This document shows, piece after piece, positions 24,560 to 37,263 of a stretch of 64,000 bases of DNA. Source of the stretch: Lama glama (Eukaryota); assembly GCA_028534125.1 (NCBI GenBank), contig CM052817.1, forward strand, positions 72,046,001-72,110,000, written 5' to 3'. Position 1 is the first letter of the stretch; every line of letters begins with the position of its first letter. The notes beneath the pieces were generated by a model that worked only from the letters and a program-made list of their open reading frames with translations, was not told where the DNA came from and made no database searches. The position numbers and the translations under genes are program-made.

Positions 24560-25543
24560 GGTGCAAGAATCTTGGAGGAAGAAATGGTAAAATATATGTA
24601 GACTTTCAGAATAATTGGGGTCATAGAAGCCATGAAAAATTAGTTTGGAGAGACTTGATTTGTAAAATTAGTATATATTCTTGTGTGAGTATCACTTAGA
24701 AAAAGTTTATAAAGATATGTTGAGCTAGAAGAAAACGGGTAGTGGTTAGTGAATTGTTTAGTTGATGTGCCATAGAGTGCAAATCTTGTGTAGAAATAAG
24801 GTAAGTTTTGGACAAGAAGATACAGGATGTCAGGTGGCTAAGAGGCAGTTTTAAGATTCCTGAGCAGGACATATTTGATTTAGAGAATGTTAGGTAAGTT
24901 TTCAGTTTCTGAAAACAGAAGCTTCATGGGCAAAAAGATGGTTTAGGATGATTGCATTGCTTGCAAAATCATGGATTTCTTTTTCAATAGCACACATTTC
25001 GCTTATAGACCTCACGATATATGGAATTTTGCTTTGGGGAAATTGACAAAAGAGGAGATGAATTAGATATACATGACTCAGAGATTTGCTTTTATGGAAT
25101 TTTGAGATTTTCCAGGTCACAGAGGATTCTGAAGATTGCTAAATGAATTCATTCCTTGTGACAGAGATTTTGGAATTGCTCCATGATGTATGGCAGGGGT
25201 ACACCTCAAATGACGTACTGGGGAATTATCCCTTGGAAGGTGAAATGGCCTCAGTCTGTCTTGAGCCATGATCTACTGCTTAAATCCCTCATACACTTGT
25301 TTTTTACCTCATCTTCTCACTCTCGGATTTCCACCATGCTCAAACTGCTTCGGAGCTGCTCAGAAGACTCTCCTGAGACTTAAAATCTGGTCCTTTTTGG
25401 CTTGACCAGTGTTCCTTTTGTCTTTTCCATTAAAAATCGCCTGTCCTGGATCCTAGCCCTTGAAGTCTTTGATCTCTGCTGAACATGCCGTCTAATAAAT
25501 CTTGCTATATTAATGCTGTTGTACTCATAGGAAAAGTCTCACA
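24560..25543 (+). mobile_element. Possible old LTR (LTR78/79-like); 5' boundary uncertain
   Basis: Ends with AATAAA about 45 nt before a terminal TCACA, as in an LTR U5 end; family assignment tentative. Confidence 0.35.
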
Positions 25544-25989
25544 CCTGGTCTTCTCTCATGAGTACCAGAAGTACAATTCAATACTAATTTTTCTTCTTAA
25601 AAATATGAGAGCAGGGTTTGAGAGGAGGGTAGATCAAGAAGACAATATTTTCTGGATTAAGTCTGCAAATTTATGGCTGTTTCATTTTGGGTAAACCATT
25701 GTACTTTCCTGGGATTCAAATTCATCAGCTTTAAAGTAGAGATAAGACTACTTACTCTTACTAATTCATATTATTAATCTGAATAAGCCCATCTAATAAA
25801 TTGCTATTTTATAAATCCCACTTGATTTTGAGCTTATGGAAATAATGAATCAAGTCTTTACTACTTTGTAGGCATTCAATAAATATGTTTGTGTATGAAA
25901 GTGTAAGTGAATTAGATCTCATTCAATGTGGTAACATAAAGGGGATTTCAACTTAGTTCAAAGGAGGACACTGGTAGGGAACATTATTG

Positions 25990-26500
25990 TTTTGTTTATC
26001 TGTTTGTAAGTCAGATAGAACTTTACAGGCTTGAAATTAAATGGGCTAGATAAGGCATGAGACAATAGATGAGGAGAAAGAAAGGAGAAGGAAGGGGGAG
26101 GAGGAGAAGAAAGAAGAGGTGGTTTGAACTTTGAGGGGAAGATGCGTTCACTTTTGAGTTTGGCATGCTTGTGAGATGTCACATGCAAATGTTTAGTAGG
26201 ATGATACAGGGGTAGAATGCAAGAGATAAAGCTTTAGGAATCAGCCTGCCATTTACAAGGATGAGCAGTGTGAAGCCAGAGGTCCAAGTATGAAAGTCTG
26301 GGAGATCAATACTTCATAAATTAGCAGAGGAGGATGAATCCCCCCAGTGGGGAGGTACAGCGTAGCCAGGACAGCGTAGTGTAGTGAAATCCAAGGGAAG
26401 AAGCCTTTTCAAGAATGAAGAATTTGTTTAGCGGTTTCATGTAACAGGGAAATCAAATAAGATAAAGACTGGAAGAGCTCTGGGCTCTGGAGCAGAACTT
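25990..26500 (-). mobile_element. L2 LINE remnant
   Basis: GAGGGGAAGATGCGTTCACTTTTGAGTTTGGCATGCTTGTGAGATGTC and GTAGTGAAATCCAAGGGAAGAAGCCTTTTCAAGAA. Confidence 0.6.
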
Positions 26501-26929
26501 GCTAGCTTAAAAAAAAAAAAACAACAAAGAAGAAGAAGGAGAAAAAGAAAAAAAGAAAAAGAAAAAATGAACAGAGAAAAAAGATTCTTCTACTAAATCA
26601 TGCTAAATGATTGACCTGATTTTCATAGTTTTTCTCAGCCTTAGAGATTTTTAATGTCTCTAGTTTTATTATATATCTGAATTGACAAGGACAATAATAA
26701 TGATATCAAATGCAAATTGAAAATTTAACTTCTTTCTCATTTGAAAATTTAACCAAACTAATAATTCATTGGTTATTATAGCTGTGAAATTATACTGGTA
26801 AAATGACAAAATATGAAAACATATTCATGATTTAAAAATATGTATTTTCCTCTTCTTTTATTATAGCTGAACTATATAATAAAGTGGATGAGATTACCTT
26901 AAAATTCAAGTAAACTTTTGACCATAAAA

Positions 26930-27135
26930 AAGCAGTTTTGCATAGTTAAAAGCATGGATCCCAGAGTCAGACTATTTTGGTTTGACTCATAGCTTAACTA
27001 CTTGATATTATTATGATTTACGACAATATCCCCACCCTCTCTGTGCCTCAGTTATCTCATTTGTAAAGTAGGGATGATAATAATCTTCTTTCACAGTTTT
27101 TTAATGAGGATTAATGAGTTAACATTAGGCATTGA
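26930..27135 (+). mobile_element. MIR SINE
   Basis: CTCTCTGTGCCTCAGTTATCTCATTTGTAAAGTAGGGATGATAATAAT core; TGAGGATTAATGAGTTAA. Confidence 0.85.
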
Positions 27136-28534
27136 CTGATATTTATGCCTACTATGTAAGTATAGGAATTCTACAGAATTATACCTAAAAATAGCCATAA
27201 GCTTGAATTTAGTATATGTATATACACACCCATATTTATTTATTCTCTAACACACCCAAAACACTGTAGCCTGTAAGTGTCCTATATTGTAATTCACACA
27301 AACCGCTCAAACCACTTTATAAAGCACCTGTGGTAATAGTGGAGTAGGAGTATTTAATTTGTCTAATTTTACTTATAACAGAAGGTGTTCAGTTAAGGAG
27401 CTCTTGCCACTCTAAATCTAGGACCTGGAATTTTTGTAGGGGAGGAGCAGGGAATATGTTAAGTATCTCATTTTATTATAGAGGTACATATATTTCAGAT
27501 CAAAATGAAGGAAATTCTTTCTGGAGACTAACAATAATGATAAATATCTTAAAATAATGACCACATTTTCACAATTTAAAATTATTTGGGGGAAATCAAC
27601 CTGATTTTCATGTGATTATTTGATTCGTACGTGAAAATTAAGAAACTCAGGGAATAATACATTATCATAATCTATTTAAAGCAAGAACAGAAGGATACTT
27701 CCACCTCAAAGTCTTTCCTAAAAAAGTAGAAGTAGCCAGAAAGTCTGCCGTGTTGCGCTCAGAAGTCAATTGCCTTCCAAATGTGACCTCTTACAACACT
27801 TCTGCAGAGGCGAAAGCTGTGTGCTTAGAAGCACCTGCATCGTCATGTGTGACAACTGGCCTGTGAGATCTTTTCAGCTGTCTTTTCACTGGCTGTTGAA
27901 GGACTTGAAGGTTATTGACAGCATTTCTTTCTTTTTTTTTTTTTCCTTTTGCCATACATTTTGGAGAGCCATGAGTGTGCGGATGCTGCTTAATTTTCTG
28001 TAATAATAAAATGGTCACCGCAATGCTTTTTGCCTTACCATGACTTTGGCGTAAACTTTTCAGTTTAAGTAACATTGCAGAACATGCGTGTATTTACTTA
28101 ATATAAGTTGCTGCCATTTACAAAGACATAACTTTAATAAATAAAGACATAGGTTTTAATAAAATAACAAAGATATAAATGTGTTTTAACATGGCTGAAC
28201 CAAATATCTGTGCCAAAATAACCTTTATATATAGGCTAGTGCCTGGCTTTCCAGACTCCTTGTATACAAAAAAGAAAATACATTAATTTGCTGAGCAGTC
28301 AATACATGAATTACGCAATTTTTTAAATCGTTGTTAGAACTCCTGAGAATTAAAGAGTTAATTTATCCAGTATTTTTAGTATATGTAAATCGTATCCAAC
28401 AATGAAATATGTTTTCTGCTTTTCTGCCTTTCCTCAACAACTATTTATTGAGTGCTTGCATTGGTAGGCCTATTTTTATGCAAGTCAGTTCGAATCACAG
28501 GGACTCTCCCTAGACTCTTGTACTGGTTATCTAA

Positions 28535-28875
28535 TCACACATTTAGTATCTTAAAATAACGTGAATTTCTGATCTCACAGTCAGGAGCCAGGGTATCTGG
28601 GTCCTTGATTCAAGCTCTTCCAGGCTAAGTCAAAATGCTGGCCAGGGCTGTGTTCTCATCTCGGGTTTGAGATCCTCTTTCAGGCTCCCTGGTTGTTGGC
28701 AGAATCCAGTTCCTTGCAGTTGTTGAACTGAAGTCTCCATTTTTTTTTGCTGGCTGTTGGCAGCTTGAGACTGTCTCCCTTTCTTGCTTTGTGGCCCCTT
28801 CCATTTGTAGGGCAGACACAACATGATTGTTTCCTTAAGGCCAGCAGGAGACTCTCTCTCACTTTTAATCGCTCC
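28535..28875 (-). mobile_element. MaLR LTR (MLT1D/E-like)
   Basis: GCTGGCCAGGGCTGTGTTCTCATCT, GTTGTTGGCAGAATCCAGTTCCTTGCAGTTGTTGAACTGAAGTC, TTGCTGGCTGTTGGC and AAGGCCAGCAGGAGA. Confidence 0.85.
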
Positions 28876-29254
28876 AGGAAGTCCTGGACTCTAAATGGTT
28901 GTGGGGTTAAAAAAAAAAAAGTCATCACTCATTTCATCAGAACAGGGCTTAAGCATTGGGAAACTGTCACACTCAGATCAGTGAATACAAGTTTTTTATA
29001 CTTTGCATTTCCACTTGAGAGCTTGGATTTTGTCACTGGCAACAAAGCTGAGAATGATTTTCTTTGGAGCAGTACCAGCCTTTTGTTCGCTTTCCGCCCC
29101 CTGGATGGTGACAGCCAAATACTCAAATTAGAATAACCATAGCTCATCAATTGTTCTTTAAGGAAAACCATTGCTCCCTGAGAAATGTGACTAATTCAGC
29201 TCACACACTGAATAAGATTTTCCTTGAACCAAATCCTTATCATCATGTTTTTGG

Positions 29255-29575
29255 CCTCAAGATCCCTTCAGAGGGTCAGCAAGGTCAACAACGTTTTCAT
29301 AAAAATACTGAGATGTTATTTTTTTTCTCCCACTGTATTGACAATTGCAAAAGCAGTGGTGAGTGAGCTGACTGGCCCCTTAGTATGAGTCAAGGCGGGC
29401 GCTCCATACTGTACTGGTCACCCGAGTTCAACACCACCCACTAGCAATCACAGAAAAAAGTGACAGTTGCACTAAAGAATGTCCTTGATGGAATAGTAAC
29501 AATCATATATTTTATTAAATCTTGGCCCTTGGATGCACATATTTTCTTATTTTAAGTGAGGAAATGAAAAGGAAA
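29255..29575 (+). mobile_element. Charlie1-like hAT DNA transposon fragment with decayed transposase
   Basis: AAGGTCAACAACGTTTTCATAAAAATACTGAGATGTTATTT, GCAAAAGCAGTGGTGAGT and CTAAAGAATGTCCTTGATGGAATAGTAA...TTTTATTAAATCTTGGCCCTTG are colinear with the recalled Charlie1 consensus. Confidence 0.8.
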
Positions 29576-30149
29576 GGAAAGCTTTCGTGTTTTAAATATT
29601 TGTAGCTGTCTTTTCCTTTGTACTCTTTCATTTTGCTTTAATATTGAAAAACTTTAATCCCCTAAAATACCTGATAAATAGTATATTATACTTATTTTAT
29701 TATGTACTTTGAAAAATACATTAATTTTCAATCATTTAGAGTTTCTTTTGCTTCCCAAATTACTATCAAGTTTTCTTAATATCACTGTCTTAGAATGCTT
29801 GCTTTATTTTATTTTACATTTTAACATATAATTTGAAGAACCATAACTCTCGAATTAAATTTAGACATAATAAATAAAAAATTTCTTTTAGCCTCTGCCA
29901 CATTTGAAGGTGATTTGAAATTCTAATCAGAAAAAAGTTTTAAAAGTCTCTCTTTAATCTTTTCTTTACACGCCAAAATTCAAGACAAAATTTTGAAGTT
30001 ATAGCATAATTTCAATTATTCCAATTTGATTTAACTATTTGAATCTCAAGTGATAGTTTCATTACAATATTTATTGAAAATATTCAATATAAGATACAAA
30101 GTTGATTTAAAATATTTGACAGTATAGCCTGGATTTGAAAACAAGATTT

Positions 30150-30400
30150 GAAGAGAAGATGACTGAATTTGGAATCAAAAACTTTCATTAACACCTGACC
30201 TGTGCCACTTAAAAGTTGAAAGTTTTGAGGCAAGAGGTTTTTTTGTTTGTTTTTTGCTTGTTTTTAGCCTCTCTGAACTTCAGGATCTTCCTTAACATAT
30301 AAAGCCAGGTCTAATGATTACCTACCGCCCGGACACACTGTGAGGTTTGAGTAGGAGAACGTACTGTTCGTAGTAGATGCTCAGTAATTGCTAGTGGAGC
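30150..30400 (+). mobile_element. MIR SINE, degenerate
   Basis: TTTGGAATCAAAA, GCCACTTA, TTTAGCCTCTCTGAACTTCAG and TAGTAGATGCTCAGTAA. Confidence 0.55.
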
Positions 30401-33400
30401 TAACCACCATATGCAGTAATGCCTCTCTGGAATAATTCGTTCTGAATTAGACTCACAAATGCACGTTCAGAAAAGAGACCCTTTCTCAGTTTGGGAATAT
30501 TTATGAGTAATTTCTCAAAAAACTAAAATTTTTTGCAAATAATGTAATACAAATTTGGTACATAGTGTTTTCTACATTCTTTGATAAAACTTGTATGATA
30601 TGAGCAATTTGTTAATTGTGTTTTTGATTAAATGTATTTTCCTTTTCTATATTAATAATTTGTGTGTTTTCTGTCAAAAATAATTTGAAATTCTACCACA
30701 TCTAAAATAATTAAGTGTCATTAAATTAAATTATCAAATTAGTATGAAAGTAAAATGAAAGAATGCTGGGAGAGGTGACAAAAATATACAGGTGTAACTG
30801 ATAGACAATTTAATCCTGTTTCGATACATTGTTATAAGAAAATACTGTTTTCACATATTTAATGAAAACACATATTTCCATAGGAGAGGAATAAACTCTT
30901 AAAATTATTTTTAGTAAATACATGAAACAAAACTACACATGAATTTGTAAGTTGACCAATATAAATTGTAATAGAAGTTTTTCAATAGCCCTATTTCCCA
31001 TAAAAAAATAAATCTCATATCAATTTATAACTACTTAACAGGCACTTTTACATCTAAAAGGTCACGTCTTTTATGATATACTTTGCTAATGTACAGTAGA
31101 ATAATAATTTTTTAAAAAATAGTATTACTTTTATGTAAGTTAGAAGATTAAATTTGGTGTTGTCCAATAATAGTAGACCAGAAACTTTAATAGACTTGCC
31201 ACGTAGATAAAAGGTAGATTGATATCTAGGGGGCTGACTTCTGCATTTATTTTCTCAAAGCAAAGGGCTTGTAAGCTAAACATTTCAAATGCATGTTTTG
31301 CTCTGAAAGCATTAGACCTATTAGGACCGGCGCAGAGGAACTCTGCTCACTGAGTGCCCCCACGGCAAGTCGTGAGTTTTAGGGCTAAGCCGGGCTGGCA
31401 TGCAAAAAGGGTTGCTGTTGATCTTTTATACTAATTTTGGATTAATTGTGAGCTACAGCACTGCGTAAACATGCTATCCTAGTGCTTTAGCTTCTCCACA
31501 GCTAAACATTAATCCTTCTTAATGCTCTAAGTCAACTTTTAGTCCTTAGAAGAATTTACCTTAATCTCTGGCTAGTAAGTTAACTGATTTACAAAACATA
31601 ATCCATGAGCCCAGAATCTTAAGGATGTGTGAACAGCAGCAACCTACCTTTCCACAATTCACTAGACTGGATTCTTTTTAACACAAGCTGGTGAAGGGAG
31701 TGATCCCTAACTGTGCATTTTAGAAAATCTGGTTATTTTGTTATATTTTAATATCACAGTCCAATAGCTGAACTTAAGTTTCTTTGAGATTGTGCGTGTG
31801 TGTGTGGTTGCCATTTGTGATTTTATAAGTATTTCTAATAGGAGTCAATTACTTTTCTGCTTTGTATTTTTCTCTCCTTGAACATTTACAACTAATGTAG
31901 TCAGTCATCTGAATCAGTGACAGATCTTTCTCCATGCTTAGGTACCATCTGATTTTATTTTCTAATTACTTAAATATGTGCATTATGATCACAGAAAACT
32001 GCCCTACGTACTATGTCTGGTTTTAGTCTTTCGAACTGGAGTATGACCATCCATATTAGTGATGACAACCTCAGATGGTTCTATAATGCAGTTTGGTTTC
32101 ATAATCATTCATGTTGCTTGTTTTTTTAATTTGAAACTCATTGGACTGTTGGGATCTTCAAGGGTTATATTCTCTCTTACTTCCAGCCAGCCGGGTACAT
32201 TTATATTTGGTGGTCTGCTCCATCCCACTCCGCTCAGGGTTCTCTGATTTCTTGCATAACTCTCTGGTCTGTTAAGGTTTCCCTCAAATGGCTACAGTTA
32301 GATTTGTCAAGCCTGCTCCAGTTGATGGGCGACATCTTGTACATAGTTTGTAAGTATAATTCTTCACCAAATTCTGACTCCATCGTCCTTGATTTTCATC
32401 ACAGCATTAACAATACTCATATTATCCACTTTGTGCTTACAGAGATTTTTGGCGTTTTGATTGGGTCTTTGTCAGTGTAACTGATGGACCCCTGTTTGCT
32501 TACTCACGTGAATGGCAAACACAGCTTGGAAGTGGAGGCTAGAAAATGGGAGAAGCAGCCTTATTACCTTTGTGGGGAGAATGTGCGTAAGAGTATGTTG
32601 CATTTAGAGACTTGCTCTTCTTCCTTAATGCAGATCACTGTTTCTGAGCGTAAATGTTCCTTCTGGGTGACGTGTGTCCATGGGGGTGTTGTGCCTGGGT
32701 GGACACTCATCTCTGTCACCTGATTCAGTGTCACCTGCCAGAGGAGCAGGGGAACCCTCATTGTGTGTCTCGCCCAGGTGGGGAATATTTGAGAAAACTG
32801 TCCTGCTGGGCCAAGACCTGTGCTGGATGTTGGTGATAGATCCTGCCCTGGTGCAGGGACTATTTTGTCACACGGACTGTCTAGCAGAGGGAGGGAGAGA
32901 GCTGCCTGGGAAAGACGAAGTCCTGCGATAGGGGTGGGAGGTGGAAGTTAGTGGGAGTTGGGCTCTGCAGGTGTGACGCCTCACTCGCCCTCCTGAGTGA
33001 TCCTGCTGGTAGGTGTGCTGGGTAGGGACTGGGACATGTCGACTGAGAGCCTTCTTTTGGGAATGACTTAAAACTTTGGGTGTTTTTACTTTGGACTATA
33101 GAAATAGGCCCATAAAATGCAGCATTTAAATGTCCTACCTTTATCCTGCGGTGATTCTCTCCAATTACCCTCCTCGCTTGCTGAGTTGTGATACTTCACC
33201 CAGCCTTGTGTGAAGGTGATGTGCATGAAGACATGGGGGAGTGAAGGGAGTCTGGCTCCCACCCAGAGCCTGTTGGAGCACCAGCGCTCTGTCAAGGGAG
33301 GCTGCAGGCCACTAGTTCCAGGGCGCTGTGAATGGTGGCTGGTGCAGGTGGAAAAAGAAGGCAGAGAAGTGGCACAGAATGGAGCCATCCACAGGAGGAC

Positions 33401-33424
33401 TCTAGAGTGGACATCCATGCACCA

Positions 33425-33860
33425 AACTGCTACCTACTGAGCATATATTATGTGGTGTTTCGGGCACTTGAGGTAACCAAAAAGGGAACCAAACAAAAGT
33501 TCCTGATCTACATAGTAGAGCATGAAGGTGGGACAGACAATAAACAAAAGACATGTGCCCAGGTGCTTCTGAGGAGCTGAAAGGAAGGCAAGCCCAGGCT
33601 GGAGCCGGTGAGGGTGGGTTTGAAGGGGCAAGGTCAGAGGTGACTACAGGGTGTCCTGTAGAAGACCATGGCTATGACCTTGACTTTTATTGTGATTCCA
33701 ATTCCTTGGAAGTGATATCACCTGACTTAAGTTTTTAAGAGGAACTATGATTTCTTTGTTGAGAATTGACTGTCAAGTGATAAAGGTTGGAGCGGGGAGA
33801 ACTTTGGAAATGAATGTGTGGTCCAGAGGAGAGCAGGCTGTTGCAGTGATGATGCTGGGT
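33425..33860 (-). mobile_element. L2 LINE remnant
   Basis: TACTGAGCATATATTATGTG, GACAGACAATAAACAA, GACTTTTATTGTGA and CCTGACTTAAGTTTTTAAGAGGA...GTTGAGAATTGACTG. Confidence 0.75.
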
Positions 33861-34365
33861 GAGTTTCACTGTCTACAAAAATGATTATTTCTTTAAATTC
33901 GGGTTTTAGAGACTGCAGAAAATGTTATTCTCAATTGTCTGAATTTAGTTTTTAGATACTGTGTGAAAGCTTGTTTATAGAGTTTCCGTATTTGTTTACT
34001 ATTCTTTTTCATGTTCTGATTTACACATCAGGAACTAAGGTGCATATTTCATGTTAAAGTCAACTCCTGGATTCTACAGATAATAGTTCCTATATTTTTT
34101 ATTAGTGGCTCATAATTCCAAGGGAAAACTATCATTTACTGGTAATTTCTGGCAGTAGGAATAGTGTAGTAGAAAGCAATGAAATGAGGTGGTGGGGGTG
34201 AGGAGGGAACAAGAGAAATATCAATGTTATTGTAGTGAAGATCCGATAGTAAAGTATAAAAAATCTGAAGGTAACAACGAATATAGGTGTGCTTTGCTTT
34301 AAGAAAAAAAAAGATGCAGAGAAATTCAAATATTCAAGACAGAATATCTAATTTGACAATGGGAT

Positions 34366-34385
34366 GAGAGAGAGAGAGAGAGAGA
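34366..34385 (+). repeat. (GA)10 microsatellite
   Basis: Read directly. Confidence 0.95.
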
Positions 34386-35343
34386 TTGTCAAACCTTCTT
34401 GCTTTGAAGAGGTGTCCTGGAAAGCCCCATATGTGGCAGAGTTCTGTGACAGTGCAGGTTTCCTATCTCCTGTGTTCCCTGCTGTGCCCCTGCTGCTGGT
34501 CAATTAGAAGGGGGTGATTATGGGTGTTGTAAAACTGTTCCTCTTTGAACAGCCAGTTTCCCTAGTGATTTTGAATATTTCACAGGCCATTAACTACGCA
34601 TTAAAAAGAACAGTGGCTATAGGAATGTCTGTCAAGCTCTTGGAAATATCAATGAGTTAGAAACAAATAGGAATTTTTGAAATTAGAATTCTAGTCAAGA
34701 GGAAAATATGGTTTAATTTTTAAACGTTAATTAATATTTAGCTGGTGCTATAAATTTAGAACTTTCTCTACGGGCTTACAAAGACTGGCACTCATGTGTC
34801 CTACAAGCAAGATGGAGCCAACTGAAGATGGAGAACACGTCTGTGTTCTCTCTGCCAGTACAGTGTCCTTGATAAAGACTCTGGAGCTGATTGTTAAGTG
34901 AAGTTCAGTTTACTACACAGAGTATCCTTCCCACCCAGGAGCCCAATGGCGACACTACAAATGTATTTACATACTACATACAACTTGGTCAGGACTTTCC
35001 TTAACTATTCAGAAGTCGAAATGACTTATTTTAATCTTATTTTTTTCCTAACCTCACATTCACTCATAGCATTCTCTTGCAGTTAGATAATTCAAAAGAA
35101 GATGTCAACTTTTAGTGGGTGCAGCCATATATACCAAAACCTTCAAATATACATGTATATATATATATATATTAATTTATTCTCACAAATGGTCTCCCCA
35201 CTGCAAAATGTGAGGGATAGGAAAACAGGGGGTGAAAAACAGAGCAGTGAAAAGAAAAATAGGAATTTCTACTATCTCTCAACAATACCCTTCCCCTTTT
35301 TATGCATTTGTACTTTTAAAAAACGGCTGTGTCTTCAGATTTA

Positions 35344-35520
35344 AAGAAGCAGTATGACGTAGCAGTTCAGAATGTGGTCTCTCGAGTCTGATACTTAGCC
35401 TTGGATTCCAGGTCTGCCACCTCTTCTTTGCAGGTCTGGAGGAACTCATTCGACCTCTTTGCAAAATGAATGTGGCAACAGAACCTTTCTACTTCATAGG
35501 CTGTTGTGAGTACACTAACC
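35344..35520 (+). mobile_element. MIR SINE
   Basis: GCAGTATGACGTAGCAGTTCAGAATGTGGTCTCTCGAGTCTGA head; CTTCATAGGCTGTTGTGAG. Confidence 0.7.
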
Positions 35521-36169
35521 CCTCAAACTTCACACAGTAAACGTTTACTTAAAGTGTTTAACATCTCCTTCAAACATAATTGCGTTTTATTTTAGGCGGG
35601 TAAGCTAAAGTGCAAAATAACCCTTAAATATGTTGTTCTGCTCTTTGGCAATGAACTTACAGTCATAAAAAAGACATTGTCATTGAATATTATTGTGGAA
35701 TACACAAAAGGGAAATTCTGAAATGTAACAGATGAGTTGGAATAGGAATTACACTGATTAATTGTAAAACTGCTCACATCCCATTGCATTTGGATGCTTT
35801 TATCTAAAAGCAAAGAGCTGGCTAGAATGAATAGAAACAGTAAAGTAGAGAGCAATGAAAACTTACTAAGTATATGCATTTGAAAGTGTTATTTAAAATG
35901 TGTGCACTTATGTAGAGGAATTTATAGACATCACCTAGGTAATTAATTTAAATTCTAGAACCATGTGTTTTAAAACTGACACTAGGGAGCTAGGGAAGCA
36001 AAATTTCCCATCCATAATTTTAAAGACATGGAAACAGACATGCAAAGCGTTGTAGGACTCGTCTCAGTGGAGAGGCAGCATGTGTTTCCCTTTCCAGGGC
36101 GTCACTGGGAGGAGACCCCTTTTGCTGCCTTCCTTCTGGCTCTGCCTGACCTGTCCACTTGAGGGGGTC

Positions 36170-36490
36170 AGTTATTCATTTCCTTGGTGGTTTGAAACAA
36201 CAGATTATTATTCTTTAACAATTCTAGAGGCCAGAAGTCTGGAAATCAAGGTGTTAGCAGGGCCATGGTCCCTGCAAATCTCTAGGGGAGAATCCTTCAT
36301 TGCCTCTCGCTGGCAGCTCCAGGCGTGCTTTGACGCGTGGCTGCAGACCTCCAGGCTTCACTTCTGTCTTCACGTGGCCTTGTCCTCTTCTCCAATACCT
36401 TACCATTGGAATGAGGTTTTTTACATTCCTCCCCCATAATCATCTCCAGATCCTTGACTTAATCTCACCTGCAAAGACCGTTTTTCCAGT
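36170..36490 (-). mobile_element. MaLR LTR (MLT1B/C-like)
   Basis: ACAATTCTAGAGGCCAGAAGTCTGGAAATCAAGGTGTTAGCAGGGCCATG, CTCTAGGGGAGAATCCTTC and CTTAATCTCACCTGCAAAGACC. Confidence 0.85.
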
Positions 36491-36645
36491 ACCAGCCTGG
36501 GTTTCACTACCTGGTGGCAACGTTCAAAGAGGGTAAGAAAGGAAATGCAATACAAATTGGGGTTTAGCGTCAGAATTTACAGTATTCCACCTGCAACATT
36601 CTGTTGACAAAGCCAGTCCTGGACTCGATGGCTGGGGAAGTGAGG
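36491..36645 (-). mobile_element. Older MLT1 LTR fragment
   Basis: CAACATTCTGTTGACAAAGC...GGACTCGATGGCTGGGGAAG resembles the antisense MLT1F-J 5' part. Confidence 0.45.
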
Positions 36646-37237
36646 AACTTCTTCCGTTCTCTCCTTTTAGATGAAGTCTTCCTGAGCACGGGAAGCACAC
36701 ATCTTACTCTCCTTCTTAGCGCCGCATGTTAAAGGAGCAGCCTCTGCTTGGAGAGGCTCGTGGTTGTCCAGCTGTCTGTCAGTGGGTGGGCAGACTGTCC
36801 TATGCAGAGATTTAGACTTAGGAAGCCTATTTGTCTGTAGTTATATGTCAGGTTCTCTAATATCAACCTTAGCAGGAATGAAAGTGCTCTTTTTCCCTCC
36901 TTCTGTCTGAAGTCTATCGCTCTTTTTTTATTGGGTCAGAACTCACGTAGAGTGTCGGGACATCATTCACTGGGCATAAATGCAATGAAGACACAAACAG
37001 TAAATGGCCAAGCAATTCCTAGGGCTCATATCTCTTGACTTGAAGCCCAGGGAGTTTTTTTTTTTCGATCGTATTGCCTTGAGGAGATAATATCCTGGAC
37101 GTATGCAAGAATTGAACACTCCCTGATTTGGATCTAATATTCTGTGAAATTCAGAGAGTCTGCTGGAAAAATGCTAATGAAAAATTGAAAATAGTTCATG
37201 TAATGAATAAAGCTGCTTCATAAGTGGAATGTTTGAA

Positions 37238-37263
37238 CATATATATTACATGTAATATATATG
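37238..37263. repeat. Perfect 26-bp spacerless palindrome
   Basis: CATATATATTACA|TGTAATATATATG. Confidence 0.95.

Noticed and set aside
27185..27194. MEF2 consensus CTAAAAATAG
   Set aside because: A single AT-rich 10-mer with no supporting context; plausible by chance.
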